From contig JAQGDQ010000223.1 of assembly GCA_030141605.1 (NCBI GenBank), forward strand, positions 256,204 to 320,203: a stretch of DNA of 64,000 nt, read 5' to 3'. This DNA comes from Tubiluchus corallicola (taxonomy: Eukaryota > Animalia > Priapulida). Below the pieces are notes generated by a model that searched no databases, was not told where the DNA came from, and saw only the letters and a program-made list of their open reading frames with translations. A program made the position numbers and the translations under genes. Shown here piece by piece: positions 1 to 13,365 of this stretch. How positions within the stretch are numbered: position 1 is the first letter of the stretch; each line of letters starts with the position of its first letter.

Positions 1-417
1 TACCAGTATAAAACACTCGTCACTAATGATAACTTGCTCTCTTTTTGTAACCCTTGTTTCGTACAAATGATCCCGTATACACTTTTGCTTTTGCAGCAAA
101 ATTCATTTTTCACGTTTGTAAAAATGTCTTTTGATATAGCAGCTCAAATTGATTCTTTTCTCACCTGTAATTAGAGTGACCGCTAACCTGAGGACATTGC
201 CGCTTTCAGTTTTTGCAGTCATAATAGAGTACTATACGATCTGTGTAAATGACAGCTTACGAGACCACATCTGTGTCACTGTAACAACTTTAACAGTTAC
301 ACGGCCTTTTAAACAGCCAATTTCACTCATTTGTTCCTTTCGTGGCATGTTGATGTCACTGTCCTGAGCTTCTTGAACAACAAACCCATTTGTTACCAAG
401 TTTGAAAGGCAGGAAAT

Positions 418-920
418 TAGTGATGGACGATTAATGGATTAATCGAATCAATTGAGATTACAACCATGTATAAATCGATATAATCGAAAATTGTACAGTA
501 ATTCAATTAATCGTGAGTAATCTATAGCAAAATACGCACTAACTAGAAGGCAGTGTTTTAGCACAAATAAATGGAACTCTTGCATTTTTTCTTCGTTTTT
601 ATCACCTTACACAATGCGCACAATTGTAAGCTACAGAGTTGCGAACTACATATAGGGGCTTCAAATTCGTTTTCACGTGACGTCTGTAGTGACGGAGTAA
701 TAAAGAAGTTAATGAATGTGCGTGTCTATAAAAACAGTTTGCGGTTACGAAAATGGCAGACAGCCACGAAAGCCATGAAGAAGTTTATAGGCTCAATTTC
801 AGTCCTGCAATGTTTGAAAAATATGGCTAAACACTAAAAAATCCGCAAAATATTAATCGTGATATCGAATTACAAGAACAAAGATTATAATCGATCTTCA
901 AAATTTACAAAATCGAATTT
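418..920. mobile_element. Probable decayed hAT/Ac-type non-autonomous element
   Basis: TAGTGATGG start followed by clustered AATCG/CGATT subterminal repeats at 428-515 and again at 853-916; right terminus not identified. Confidence 0.4.
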
Positions 921-3243
921 TGTACGTATATAATGCATAAATTACCACGATTACTGTGTTTATTCGAGTATTGATATTTATCTGTATTTACCTATTCTTG
1001 TCGCACTTGTGTTACTGATATATCTTCAAGACTTTTTGTATTTAATTTATTGTCTTTATACTAACTTTATGCTGTATTGTCGTTTTTATTGTATTGTCTT
1101 TGTAAAACTGTACTACATGTACGAAATAAATTGTATATATGACACATAACTCGCACAGCAGTTCAGTTATTTCTTCCTCAAATAAAGGACATCGCGTTTT
1201 ACTCGCTCGCTGGAGCCATCAGTCATGTAACTAGTGAACTAATTTTGACTTTACCTACCTAAAATTAAGTCTGACGCTTAATTAAACTCATTGATCACAT
1301 CATTTGATTTATTGTGCCAGTGTTTGGCGATCTGGGGTCATTACAGAGTCATGCGCGAGTTGATCAACATTAATTACATGAACAAAACTAGAATAATCAA
1401 AGGGATATCGTTTCGAAACAATGTCAAAAGTCACGCATTGCAATCTGGCCCATATAGCCATAATACCATTAAAAGGTAAGAATAAAGGATCGAATTGGGA
1501 TTATATTACAGCACTCCCGTGTGCGTCATGCATACAGTGGTACTGGTAAAACCGTTATTCCATGTAATGAAAAAGTGCTAAATGAAAGGCTCAGCTGAGC
1601 AAGGTAAGTATTTCACTGTATTTAATAAAAATTAAAGTTTAAAGACTTTAGATTCATCATTTTATAATGTTGTCATTAGCAACAAAGAATAGTATGGTAT
1701 CTAATATTTAGAAATCTTATTCGCAAAAGAAATACAACGGTAAAACAACGGGCGCTGCCATTAGTGTTTAAAATTCTTTTCGGTAATAATTGTTTTAAAC
1801 GCTCTTACTTTAGCCAACACTACATACAGCTGTAACGCTCGTGACAAAGTGCCATATTTTGTTTCCTCAAATACAGGACTTCGTGGTTACTCGTAAAATG
1901 TAGTCGAACTTTTTTGGACCACTAAGTCAAAAAACATTTTGGCCTCATCTAGAGTGCGATGCCAAGCAGGAAGATTAGGCTTAAATGAAGACAATATATT
2001 CCCTAATATATATAAATCAATTATTGATTTTTTAAGTCAGCAAACAAATGATTTGCTTGTTAATATTCTATGCAGCTTTTCAAGCAGGTGACTAAATTTA
2101 AAACTAAATAAAGATTGTAGTTAAAGTGCAACTTATCATCAATGTGTAGTGTAACGTATTATAGTGACCGTTGTTGCTATTATATGCTCTTATTTCATAA
2201 AATAATGTGTTAGATTTCTGTGTGATTCTATATAGGTAGATTATACATATATGACCGAAATGCTCATCTCAAGTTATTTCTGTCAAATGTCGAGTTTTTT
2301 CACAGAAATGCTTATAATATAAAAAGTAGTAATTAGGTAATCATTCTTTCTGCATAATCAAATAGAAGAATCAAACTTCATTAGAAGAACTGTTTTCAAC
2401 ATCTAGTCAAATAACTGAATAAATAAGTAAATAAGCAAATAAATCTAGCAAATAAAAGATAGCAACCCAAGGATGATCCTTTCTAATAAAATGCAAAATA
2501 GACTTTTAAAATGAAAATTAAATGTCTTGAAATGCTGACCTTCGATTCGGTATGCACTTCGCTATTAGTTGAGTTTTTGAATGCAATTCCTCTAAATTTA
2601 AAATTTAAATGTTAAAAGTTGTCATTGCGATAGACCGAGGGCGGGAGTGAAAGAGGGGGGGGGGGTGTTGGAGTAAGTTTTAAACTTACTATTAAAAGCA
2701 AACCATCTCGAAAATCAACATGGGAACATGTTACCGCAAATACTATTAAACGTTAACGGATCGGAAAAAGTCCGTGGAAAACTACATTCGCATTTTGGTG
2801 GCACAAGCCTTATCTTTTCATTCTATTCTTGAAGGGAAGTAAAGATTTAGAAGAAATTAAGGCATTTATTGATGATGTTGAAAACGCGTTTTTAAGACCC
2901 GATGAACAATATAATATGTAAATATGATATAATTGAAAATGAGACTTGAAGAATGACAATTTATTTTAAATACTAATCATTAAACTCTTCTTTTAAATAA
3001 CTAAAATAACTAACAGAAAGATTTAATATTTGTTTTTCAGTAATTGTTCTGTTTGTCTGCAGGGTCGTTATAATTTCGTCAAAATAAATTACTTAAAAAC
3101 GCTCTCTTTGGGATTTGCAGAGATAGTAAAGGCTTGCAAAGAAACCGATAGATACTGCAACACATTCTCTCCTAAAACCCAATTATATTAGTAATGAAAG
3201 GCATCACTAACATTTAGAATAATCTTATTAGAATTTAGAACAC

Positions 3244-3551
3244 GCTTATTAAAATAATACAATCGGCCTGTAATATTGTAATGGACCGAGACGTACAGCC
3301 CATTCAGTGGAATAGTAGTAGCAAAAGCAGTTAGAGGTGCAACCAATGCTTATTTTACTATAATCCAAATGCTGTCGGCGAACGACGCCGTCACCAGGGT
3401 ACAGAAGCACAATTCAAGAAAATAAAATGTTTCACTTAAAAAATAAATTTGGTTTCACTTCTAACTGCTTTTGCTACTACTATTCCACTGAATGGGCTGT
3501 ACGTCTCAGTACATTACAATATTACAGGCCGATTGTATTATTTTAATAAGC
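3244..3551. mobile_element. Fold-back MITE with about 100-bp near-perfect terminal inverted repeats
   Basis: 3244-3346 (GCTTATTAAAATAATACAATCGGCCTGTAATATTGTAATG...) is the reverse complement of 3449-3551 with only a few mismatches. Confidence 0.8.
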
Positions 3552-3645
3552 CTGACATAGGTTAAATCTATTTTATAATCACTTTGATACTAGTGGAAAC
3601 AATTATGTTTGTTGTTTATTGCATATTTTCAGGTATTCAACTACG

Positions 3646-4791
3646 ATGAAAAGACTGTTTGTTTGGGTCGCCTTTTTGGTATGTTTACATACATCAATCT
3701 TGTATTTTCTCAACTTCTTTAAAGTTCTAATTAAAAGACGTTATATTAGTGTATCATAGTAGTGTGAGTCCGTATGACGAGATCATTACACTTTGTTCAA
3801 TCAATTAGGACCGCCTCTAAAACGTGCCTTGAAACGGCTTTACAAAAGCTTAAATGTCTTGTCAACAGGTGGCGCCACAGCAACTGACCTTCGTGATCAG
3901 TGCTATCAATTCAAGACGAGCTATAATTCTTCACAATATGATAGGAGTGAGCCAACTGAACAAAATTGGGCTGTGAAGCTTAACAAACCAAATTTTATGA
4001 ATATATGCTTAATCTTCTCCAATTTCATGTTTTGATGATGCTGATTCATAAATTGGCGTGCTCACTTCTATTATAGGAAATAAATGAGGAATTTTAGCGG
4101 TATTTTTAACTACTGATGAGCTTCTTTAACCATTTTTGCTTTACACTGGTTTTTTACTAGAACAAAATACGGTAGAGACAGCTTAATTAACTTATTGCCA
4201 CAGTATATGTTCATTGCATCTGTACAGCAACGCGATTGGAGTAATTTACAGAACTCTGAACTAATTGATTGGCAATTTGTTCCCTGATAGTTTTCAGAAA
4301 ACACCCTATTTCTTGGCATACTGTGTTCTCTAAGGATGTGCTGTTATGTTTGACCAGTTTTGTTATTAGCCATAAAATTTATTTAAATAATTGAATGCTT
4401 TCTTGATAACATGGTAAATATTCACGCGCTCTTCAGTAGAAAATTCAGCAGGAAAAATTATTTTATATAAGATTTTTTGGGCAGGATATATATTTTTGTT
4501 GTTTTCATTAGTTGGTTCTGTCTCATTTTTTTGAAAAGTATTTTAGTCTGTATATAATTTTTTTTGTTATAAATGCGCAAGTTGTAAATTACCAAAGAAA
4601 ATGTAAATTAAAATAATCAAGATATAGACTTCGAAAAGACTCCATGCATCATAATGTTCAATAGATCAGGAGACTCTTACCGCACATTTCTCTAGACTTT
4701 TTAATTTAATTTCGGGGAAGCCCCAAACTTCTCTGTGCAACAATTCTATGAGCAAGTAGACACACAGTACAATAGACCATTCTCTGAAGAA

Positions 4792-4834
<43 letters not shown>

Positions 4835-7800
4835 ATAATGAAAGCACCCAACAAGAAGGCCAGACTCATTTGCATATGAACATATTAAAGGCTCAACCAC
4901 GTACCTCCTCACACTGCGGACCGCTTTGTACAGTGCTGTTTTACAAACTGGAAATATTATATTTAGTTAAAATACTAGCACTATGGTCAAAGTTCTGTAT
5001 AAAGGCAAGGATGACACAGTAACTGTTGCGATAACTTTCGAGGAATAGCTTTAATGAACAATGCATTCAAAATTCTAACTAAAATGATCAGTAATAGACT
5101 GTATGCTTATAAGCAAAATCTGCTTTCCGATTCAAAGTTTGGTTTTGCACCGGCAAATCAACTGTTCAAGCATTAGCGAGGCCATTAAGGCTGAACTAAG
5201 AAAGCCAAAAACGTCCATGTGTGCTGCTTTCATTGACTTCTGCAAGGCCTTCGTCGGCGTCGACTATAATATCCTGGTGGCAAAATTGGTTAATATGTTT
5301 AATATAAAAGGTCAAATATTGAAATTGATTTGTATAATTTTATAATGAAAATTACGTTATTCTCGATGAAAGTCTGAGAAAGTCGGAACCTATCATACAA
5401 CGTTGTGGGTTCTTGCAGGGAGACTCCCTGAGCCCTTTACTGTTCATTATGTTTATTGCAGATCTGACTCAATCATATCTACAGAATTAGAAGCGGACTG
5501 TCTAACTGCTCATTCATTATTGTACGCTAACGATTTGGAAATATACGCGACTTCTCATATGGCTTTGTAGGCCGCAGTCAATGCCATTGAGAAATTGACC
5601 TACTCACATGAAACGTCAGCCAATGAACAAAAATCTAAAATAATGAAATTCGGAAATACTGGCCGACTTTCACAGAACGACATTTTTACTTATCAAGGTA
5701 AAAACTTAGAAATTGTATCATCCTTTGATTATTCAGGATGAACTTTGCAACCTTTTTTTGTGACTACAATGCATTGAGAAAGAATTGCCACAAAATGTGT
5801 ACGAGTGACACACATTCTAAAATGCCTGCATTTACTGTCTGTCTAAGCCGCACTACGTCTGTTTAACATTAAAATATTACCTATTGTAAGTTATGGCATT
5901 GAGAGTTTCTGGGACGACATGTCGTCTGCAAATTAGTTGAAACTTGTCTCGATTAAAGGTTAGTTTTTGAAAAGGGTTTTGGGCCTATTCGTAAATATGT
6001 TAAATACGAAAACTTTCTTGCTGTGTAATACAGAAAGGCTCAGCACTGAAATTTATAAATACTTCAGTACACCAGATTCAAGAATTATGCAAATATTTAG
6101 AAAAGTCCATTACAAGGTAATCTCAATAGAGCTGGCATTCAATAATACACCCAGTAATGACTAAAAATGAATGGAAAAAACCCAAGAGGCAGAATTGACA
6201 TGCAGTGACAAGGCATGCAATTCATGAGTTCCTCCATAAAATCTGCTCCAACCAGTGTCTTGATCCGTAACAGACATGTATATGTAAGCTTTGTAACACA
6301 AAAGCTGGTAGATACTATCTCTTCACATGTACAGCAAATACTACCTCCCTTTACCACAGGGCACGTAATTAATGAATTCAAGTCCTGTTATTCCCGCCAA
6401 TATGAGTTAAACATTCTCTTATAATGTATACATACTCGTTATCTATACTATTTTAAACTATTTTAGATTAACTTATGTAGTTTTATATATGTGTTTTAAA
6501 TCACCACACCTGGTGCAATAATAAAAAATAATCAAGATATATTTATTTAACTCAGATATACATCATATTGTGCACAGTTGCTGTATGAGTCAATAGCAAT
6601 AGTTTGCGCATTGCTTCTAAAATGGTAAACTTTAACAATTTTTAAAGGAAAACAGGATGATTTTTCATGTTCTACCCAATTTTGGAGTACGGTAAAGTAT
6701 ACATTTTTACACCAATAACACTGCAAAAACTTTTCTGGTAATTAAGTAATAGATTAAAATCTTAATCAACGACGGCGAGCCCAACTATTGATGGCATCAC
6801 AAATGAACATAATTTTCAATAACAAAAACATTCCATGAGCGTGTTGCACGTGGTTTCTAAAGCGAAAATTGAAGCCCAGTGCTACTATAACAGATACAGT
6901 GTGTTATACTAAAACTCAGCAAGTTTTAACGTAGAAATTAAAATTTGAAATTTACCACCATCACAAACGAATATCTCTGCACCTGCATTTGTGCAACGCG
7001 TTTCCGAAATGCAGGCGCTGGTGCCCGTCTAACTAGCGAATGGCGAAATTCTTGAACAGCGAAGAAATAGTGGCGCGAACGCGAAATTGTGTTTGTGTGG
7101 TAATAATTCTTTCACGTAAGTTATTCTTGAGAAAATAGTTTTCCTTTAACAGACTTTTTTATTTTTGCTTTAAATAAACGAGAGTATTTTTGTTTACTTT
7201 CTTCAGCCAGGCTTTTGTTCGCCGTGACAATTTATGGAATTTAATGGTTGTTTTAGATTGGCGCTGCCTTTAGCTCTTATGGCCGCCATCAACCGTTCTC
7301 TCGAGGAGAGCGCAAATATCTGGGAAATTTGTACGATCACATGTCTCGAGGCACAGATTATAATACGCAGTACGCTGGCTTCTCTCAAGGCTCTAATAAA
7401 CTGGATTTAGGGCTTGTCTTTGGATATGAGGTATGAATGTAGCATACAGTAAAAATTATAAAGCAGTAGCTAAGAATAAAATTTATCTTGCTTTTCTAGA
7501 AAATTAATTTTGCGTTTTGTGTTATTGAGAATTTTATGAGTGCATTTAATTATGAAGATACCTACTGGTATGTTGAAAGCAAATGAATGATTAGCAAGTG
7601 AAATCGGCAGATATCATAAGCCGAAAGAAATTAAGTAGAACAACGAGTATGTAAAATCGTCATTTGAATAAAGTAGAGGATGAATTGCATGTAATTACTG
7701 AACGCCTGCTGTATAATCATAATAAGAGAGGAGTGTTTTTGTACTATATTTCAGTATATGTCTCCTAATGAGAAGCTTGTGTTTTTAAATTAGCTACAAG

Positions 7801-8497
7801 ATGTAGAAGTTATAAAAATTAATGCTTGATTGGTCCAGAAAGTCTATGAATGCAGACCTGACTGAGATAACCCAGAGCAAGCCTGACTGATTAATTGCAA
7901 TAACTGTAAAATAATAAGTATATTATATCAAGACTGTTTATGCATTTTCATGTTGCCTTGTTGTATGTGTTTATGTTGCTTGAACCATTATACCTACAGG
8001 CATGTCTTTGCATTAATGTAGTCTGTTCCTTTTGTTATGTCTAGTGTATACAGTTTTTTCTCTTTTGTATTTAATAAACAATATGTGTTGCTATGATTAT
8101 TGCACGTTCTTAAATTTAAACTATCCACTTAAAAATGTATCTACACTATTCTGTAGTACATTTTTCTCGTAATTGTTACACCTCATTTTTTGTTTCACAG
8201 GGACGCCAAGTAATTTGGCCACCGAAACAAAACAAACACGGCCACGGATACGGTCGAGGATACGCTCCATTTCCAGACAACGTGAAGGATCCACACGCGC
8301 ATCGTGGTACTTACCGTAGCAGTTACCCATATGGTGACGACGGGTACAGATTTTCCTACACACATCAACTGTTTGGCAAAGGAGATCCTTACTATCATAC
8401 GAATGCATACGGTGAAAGCATTGAAACACAACAAAGTGATATTAACAGACACCGTGGTTACGATTTCCGCCCTTATACCAGTGGCAACAGATATTAA
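3646..8497 (+). CDS. Secreted Gly/Tyr/His/Arg-rich orphan protein (cluster gene A), 167 aa, 3 coding exons
   Basis: Exons 3646-3678 (ttttcag acceptor at 3632; ATG..MKRLFVWVAFL|gtatgt), 7257-7430 (ttttag|IGAAFSSYGRHQPF...LVFGYE|gtatga) and 8201-8497 (tttcacag|GRQVIWPP...TSGNRY*). All junctions are phase 0 GT-AG and the joined frame is open. The N-terminus MKRLFVWVAFLIGAAFS is a typical signal peptide. AATAAA at about 8860 and 8885. No family recognised. Confidence 0.85.
4627..6524 (+). mobile_element. 5'-truncated, decayed non-LTR retrotransposon (LINE ORF2 reverse transcriptase) in an intron of gene A
   Basis: Frameshifted RT motifs: YNRPFSEE, FRGIALMN, AAFIDFCKAF, GFLQGDSLSPLLF, LLYANDL (YADD-like), KSKIMKF. 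Flanked by a 17-bp direct repeat AAAATAATCAAGATATA (4610-4626 and 6525-6541), read as a target-site duplication. Confidence 0.9.
4795..4832. repeat. (TA)n microsatellite inside the LINE relic
   Basis: Direct reading. Confidence 0.95.
6642..7149. mobile_element. Kolobok-like non-autonomous DNA transposon (MITE), copy 1
   Basis: TTAA-AGGAAAAC ... GTTTTCCT-TTAA termini; internal sequence shared with three other copies in the window. Confidence 0.75.
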
Positions 8498-9078
8498 TAA
8501 TAATAGGATTAACGATATTAAGTTTAGGGTAGGTAGATGGCAGGCGATGTGATAACCCCATTATAACGCAAAGTAGATAGGTCCTCGAAATCGGCCGAGA
8601 ACTTGATATCTCTATATATGGATGGTCCCTAGTGGTGTATTTATTGCACACTGTTAAACTGGTGTCATCACGAATTAAATAAACATAATTATTGCCGGGA
8701 TATTTTAACTTGTCGAAGATTATTTTAACAAGATGGCAAACATTGTAGCGTTGTATCATGTCGTCATGTCGTGTCATAACATTAACGTCGTGTCCTGTTT
8801 TCAAATGTGATGTCTGTGTTTTCTCTGTGTCTATTAGCACAAAGAGAAAACAATATATTAATAAATCTACTAATGTATTTTACTAATAAATTCTTGGGCT
8901 TTTCGAATTCGAAGTATCAAACGTGAATGAAGCCTTTGTCTTGTTTTTATCTTCAATTGGCTGGGTTACGAAGGGGTTACGCTAACCGAAGCTTCATTAG
9001 TGGGCAACGGGTTTAGCGTGATTTTCTCCAGATATAGTAGCTTCCGGAAACATCGAAACTAGTTTTACAACAGTTGTT

Positions 9079-9084
9079 GAGAGA

Positions 9085-9132
<48 letters not shown>

Positions 9133-9202
9133 GAGAGAAGAGAGAGAGAGAACGAGAGAGAAGAGAGAGAGAGAACGAGAGAGAAGAGAGAGAGAGAGAA
9201 AC

Positions 9203-9249
<47 letters not shown>

Positions 9250-9277
9250 AAGAACGAATGAGAAAGAGAGAGAGAGC
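9079..9277. repeat. Interrupted (GA)n microsatellite between the 3' ends of genes A and B
   Basis: Direct reading; recurring GAACGA and GAAGA interruptions. Confidence 0.95.
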
Positions 9278-10117
9278 AGGAAAGAAATGGAGATAGACAA
9301 ACTTTCCTGAGATTTGTTTTATTATTACACGCATATTCCTTTTCATCTGATACTAAAACAAAAACAAAGACATTACAACATTGTGTCGGTCTATTAACAA
9401 CAAATTTGCAAACATTAACAATAACAAAATACTGCAAAGGTAGACGAAACTTCACCTACACAAGTCGACCAATCATCTCAAGCTGCTCGCCTCGCCTGGA
9501 AGGAAAGCTTGAGGATTGTTCTCAAACAGCATATAGGCGCTCAGCCATCAAAACCAAGTGGCGCCCTTGACACACAAAGCAGTAATGAAATTCCCTTTCT
9601 TATAAATGAACATTTACTGTAAAAAATCTCATTTTATCGCAATATATCTAGACCACATTTCGACTTAAGCTGTGATAACAATCATGCTCCAGATCTATCA
9701 TAGAATCAGTTCAACTAAGCCATGCATGCAATGATGTAAAAACGAAAGTGAAATTATATCACAGTAATCACACTAACAGGCCTTTAATCTTTATAAGTGA
9801 GTTAAGGCGATAAACATAATGTAGAAGACCGCAAAGAACAGTGAAATTTTCATTTCAATCAGTTATTTACAGCCTTAACTTCAAGATAATAATTTCCACG
9901 AGAGAACCCACAAGTATTGTTTTTAAACAAAACTGTCCGCCTTGCCCGTGGAATTTGATTTCCATCGTGATTCATTTCTCCCCAAGTGTTCATTCCACTA
10001 TTAGACAATGATCATGAATGAATTAACTAATTAATAAATCAATTACCAAACGGGTCATTAATTAATTACACTTGAACATGTCGCGTCTCCACAAAAATAC
10101 CACTGAAAAGTGTGCGT

Positions 10118-12738
10118 TTAGTGGTAGCCATTATTATTATTATCAAAATACCCACTAAGTATCAAGTCAATAAAGCTGGGCTTATAATAGTAACCTCCGT
10201 GCCCGTAGCCGTGTCCGTATCCGCCATATCCGCCTCCATGACCACGATGGCCATAACCACCTTTATGAACATATCCCACACTGTGACCATAACCTCCGCC
10301 GTGGCCACCACCATGGCCATAACCACCACCACTATGGCCACCACTATGGCCTCCACCATGGCCATATCCACCGCCATTATTTCCGTAGCCACCATTGTTC
10401 CCATATCCTCCACCATTGTTTCCATAACCGCCATTGTTGCTATGGCCTCCACCGTTGTTTCCATAGCCGCCACCACTGTTTCCATAATTTCCGCCATTGT
10501 TTCCGTATCCTCCACCACGGTTTCCATGATTACCACCATTGTTTCCATAACCGCCATTGTTGCTATGGCCTCCACCGTTGTTTCCATAGCCGCCACCACT
10601 GTTTCCATAATTTCCGCCATTGTTCCCATAGCCTCCACCGTTATTTCCATAGCCACCGCTGTTTCCGTATCCACCATTATTTCCATATCCTCCTCCACCA
10701 TGCCCACCACCACCATATCCACCACCTCCATGTCCACTTTGACCATATCCGCCTCCTCCATGTCCAGAGTGAGTATGTGGGTAGTAATGAAAATGAAAGT
10801 CGTCATCGTAATCGTCATCATCATCGTCATCATCATCATAATCATCGTCGTCGTCATAGCCATTTTTTAGCCTATGCACAATGTGATACAGTAAATAGGG
10901 TGAGTTGCTTACACGTTCATAATGGTCATAACTAGCACCGCTGCGACTCACCTAATAAGAGAAAGTAGTGTTAGGTAGTTAGTTAATCAACAATCATAAT
11001 TATTAAGAATATATTATTATGTATTTATTTATAACAATTATTTAGTATTTATTAAGTATAATTATTTATTATTATTGATTTTAGCGAAACATGACAGTAA
11101 AAACTGGGGAGAAGAAAAAGCAAGAAATTACTAAAATAATCCTATTATTGTAGACAAAGAATCAAAGTTTAGTGTTCTCTGTAGCTCATGCTTGTTACTG
11201 TGTGATTTCAGTTTAACGGAACGAAAATCTGTTCATTAAAATTAACAAATTTAAAGCTGTTCCAGCTACGAGAGGAAAAAGCGTTTTTTGTCCATTATTT
11301 TACATTTCACCCAGACATTGCCTAGGAGAATAAACAAATATTAGCACTTTATAATAAATTTGTCTGCAAGCTTTAAATTTTCTGGTTTTAGGTACTGAAC
11401 TTAACTGATGAACTGTTTAACAACTGACTATTAGTGTTCTTGAATAAAACTTCGATATTATCACGTTTTGCAAAAATTAAGCTAGAAGTTAAACATTCAT
11501 CATATAAAACGAAGCTTAAAACCCACAAGAATTAATTTACTTTGCCGTGCGTGAAAAACGTCTGTAACCGCCAGGAATGCGTCAGTGCTTGATTTTCTAG
11601 AAGTATCGTTGCTCGTATTCACAATTGTTTAGTTTTTACCATCATTGGTTTATTTTTTAACCGGTTGAGCTAATCATTTATTTAAATTTTAGCTATAATC
11701 CCTTCTTATATACTGCGTAAACTCCACACATCATTATGTTAACGCCGAGAGATTTCAGCTGTCTATATTTCGCGCACCCGCGATTGTTAGTGATAAATTT
11801 TGTTTTATGTTATGGTTCTTCAGATTTCAAACTGTGAAAGTCGTCCATTTCCAACAATGCAATTATACTGAAAAGCGCGATCGCACCTGGGCCTCTTGAC
11901 TGGATATTTGCGCACTGTGACTTTCAAATGTCCCTGTGCAGTTAACAGACACAGTTCAATTCTAGCATTAATTATGTGACTAGCCGCAAAACTCGGTATT
12001 ACAACAAGCTGAAATTTTAATTTGAAGCCGCTAATTTAAAGTCTTTCAAATCCACCGTTATTTTAGATGCGTATTATTCGCGTAAGGATGGTCGCCCTCC
12101 TCCTACAGTTTATGCTGTTAAGCCAAATAATAATAATTTAAAACTTTGTAGGTTTCTGAAGCTTTTATTGTCAAAATAAGTAAATTAATTTGCCACAGAA
12201 ACGAAATTAGACAAAAAAACATGAACATACTAACGATGCAATGACAATTAAAGCAAACAAGTAATCAGTCAAACAACCAAACAATGAAACAAACTAAGAA
12301 AAATCAAACAAACCAATAAGCCTGTGTATTTCCCTAAAAGCACTTGAGTCAATTTAAGTGAGATTGAGTTAATGAAGTCTCCGCTTTCATCTAACAGCAG
12401 AAACACATCACCGACGCCCAACAAAAATTATGCCGTTAGTCATGAAAAGCGTATATCAATTTAACAGTGAATGTTGAAAAGTTGTTAAAATATTGCATCT
12501 TTTTGTTAACTGTTGTGCAGTTTTGTTCGCTAAGTCAGCCAGCTGCTATTTTCATTTATCCATGTCACATTTTGCCATTTCTCTAAATTTCATAGCTCCA
12601 TGATTAATGAACAGAATTTTATCAGGCTGCTTGGAAATGACTAAAACGTTACTAAAATCATGGTTTATGTAACAAATCGAAAAACCGTACCGCCATGATA
12701 ACGAGGACTAGCACAGCCAGAAGAGTAATCTTTGTCAT
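10118..12738 (-). CDS. Secreted Gly/Asn/Tyr/His-rich structural protein with poly-Asp block (cluster gene B), 293 aa
   Basis: Exon 12738-12691 (MTKITLLAVLVLVIMA|gtacgg; acceptor tttag at 12758) joins in phase 0 to exon 10951-10118 (cttattag|VSRSGASYDHY...GYH*). Signal peptide, then RVSNSPYLLYHIVH, a 17-Asp block, GGYGNN repeats and a His/Gly-rich GGH-GYGH tail. Confidence 0.9.
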
Positions 12739-13365
12739 TTTTTCTTTTGCTAGAAGCCTAAATCGAAAAAATATAATTTCAGTATAAGAAGACATGAAAA
12801 AATTAGCACAAAAAGCAGTTACTTTACTTTTGTAGTTATAGCAAATAATTACAACATTGCGATTAAAAACGGAAATGCAAAAAATGCACCGTTCCAGAAA
12901 TGCCTTATGAATCAGCTATCAATTGTTACTAAATAAACGACTTTTTGCAAAAGTTAATTTTAAAAACAAAAAAGTGGGTGACATTTTATGAAAGCTTTAA
13001 ATTTAAGATCGGTAAATTTAACATTTCGATACTTCTTCTCTCGTCTTGAATAGATTTTTGGGTAGAGAAATAAAAACAACATGTAAGGATGTAGCATAAA
13101 AAATTTAAAGACCATGCAAGAGTTTTTGAAAGACACATGCAAAGTAATTTAACATTGAATTATTATAGAATAATTATTGTTGGTAAGCCTGCATAGCTAA
13201 GCTTAGTCTACAGAGGCTTTGTAAATATGCAACGCTCCGAAATTACGTTACAAGAGTAAAACAATTTAGAAAATTTTATTGATAGTTAAGTAGAAAAATA
13301 AAAATCAAACTTATTTTAAAAGCTAATTTACTGTACCTTTCTGTACGGTACCAGCACAATTTCTG

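Noticed and set aside
1320-1610. Candidate promoter and non-coding first exon of gene A (donors aag|gtaaga about 1476, aag|gtaagt about 1604; TGGGGTCA about 1333)
   Set aside because: Plausible, but no clear TATA or the B/C motif layout, so I cannot choose a start site from sequence alone.
8997-9455. Poly-SL and poly-RE ORFs (also at 24009-24465)
   Set aside because: Translations of (GA)n microsatellites.
10112-10870. 252-aa plus-strand ORF and 233-aa alternative minus-frame ORF over gene B
   Set aside because: Shadow frames of a repetitive Gly-rich exon; only the Gly/Tyr frame splices to a signal-peptide exon.
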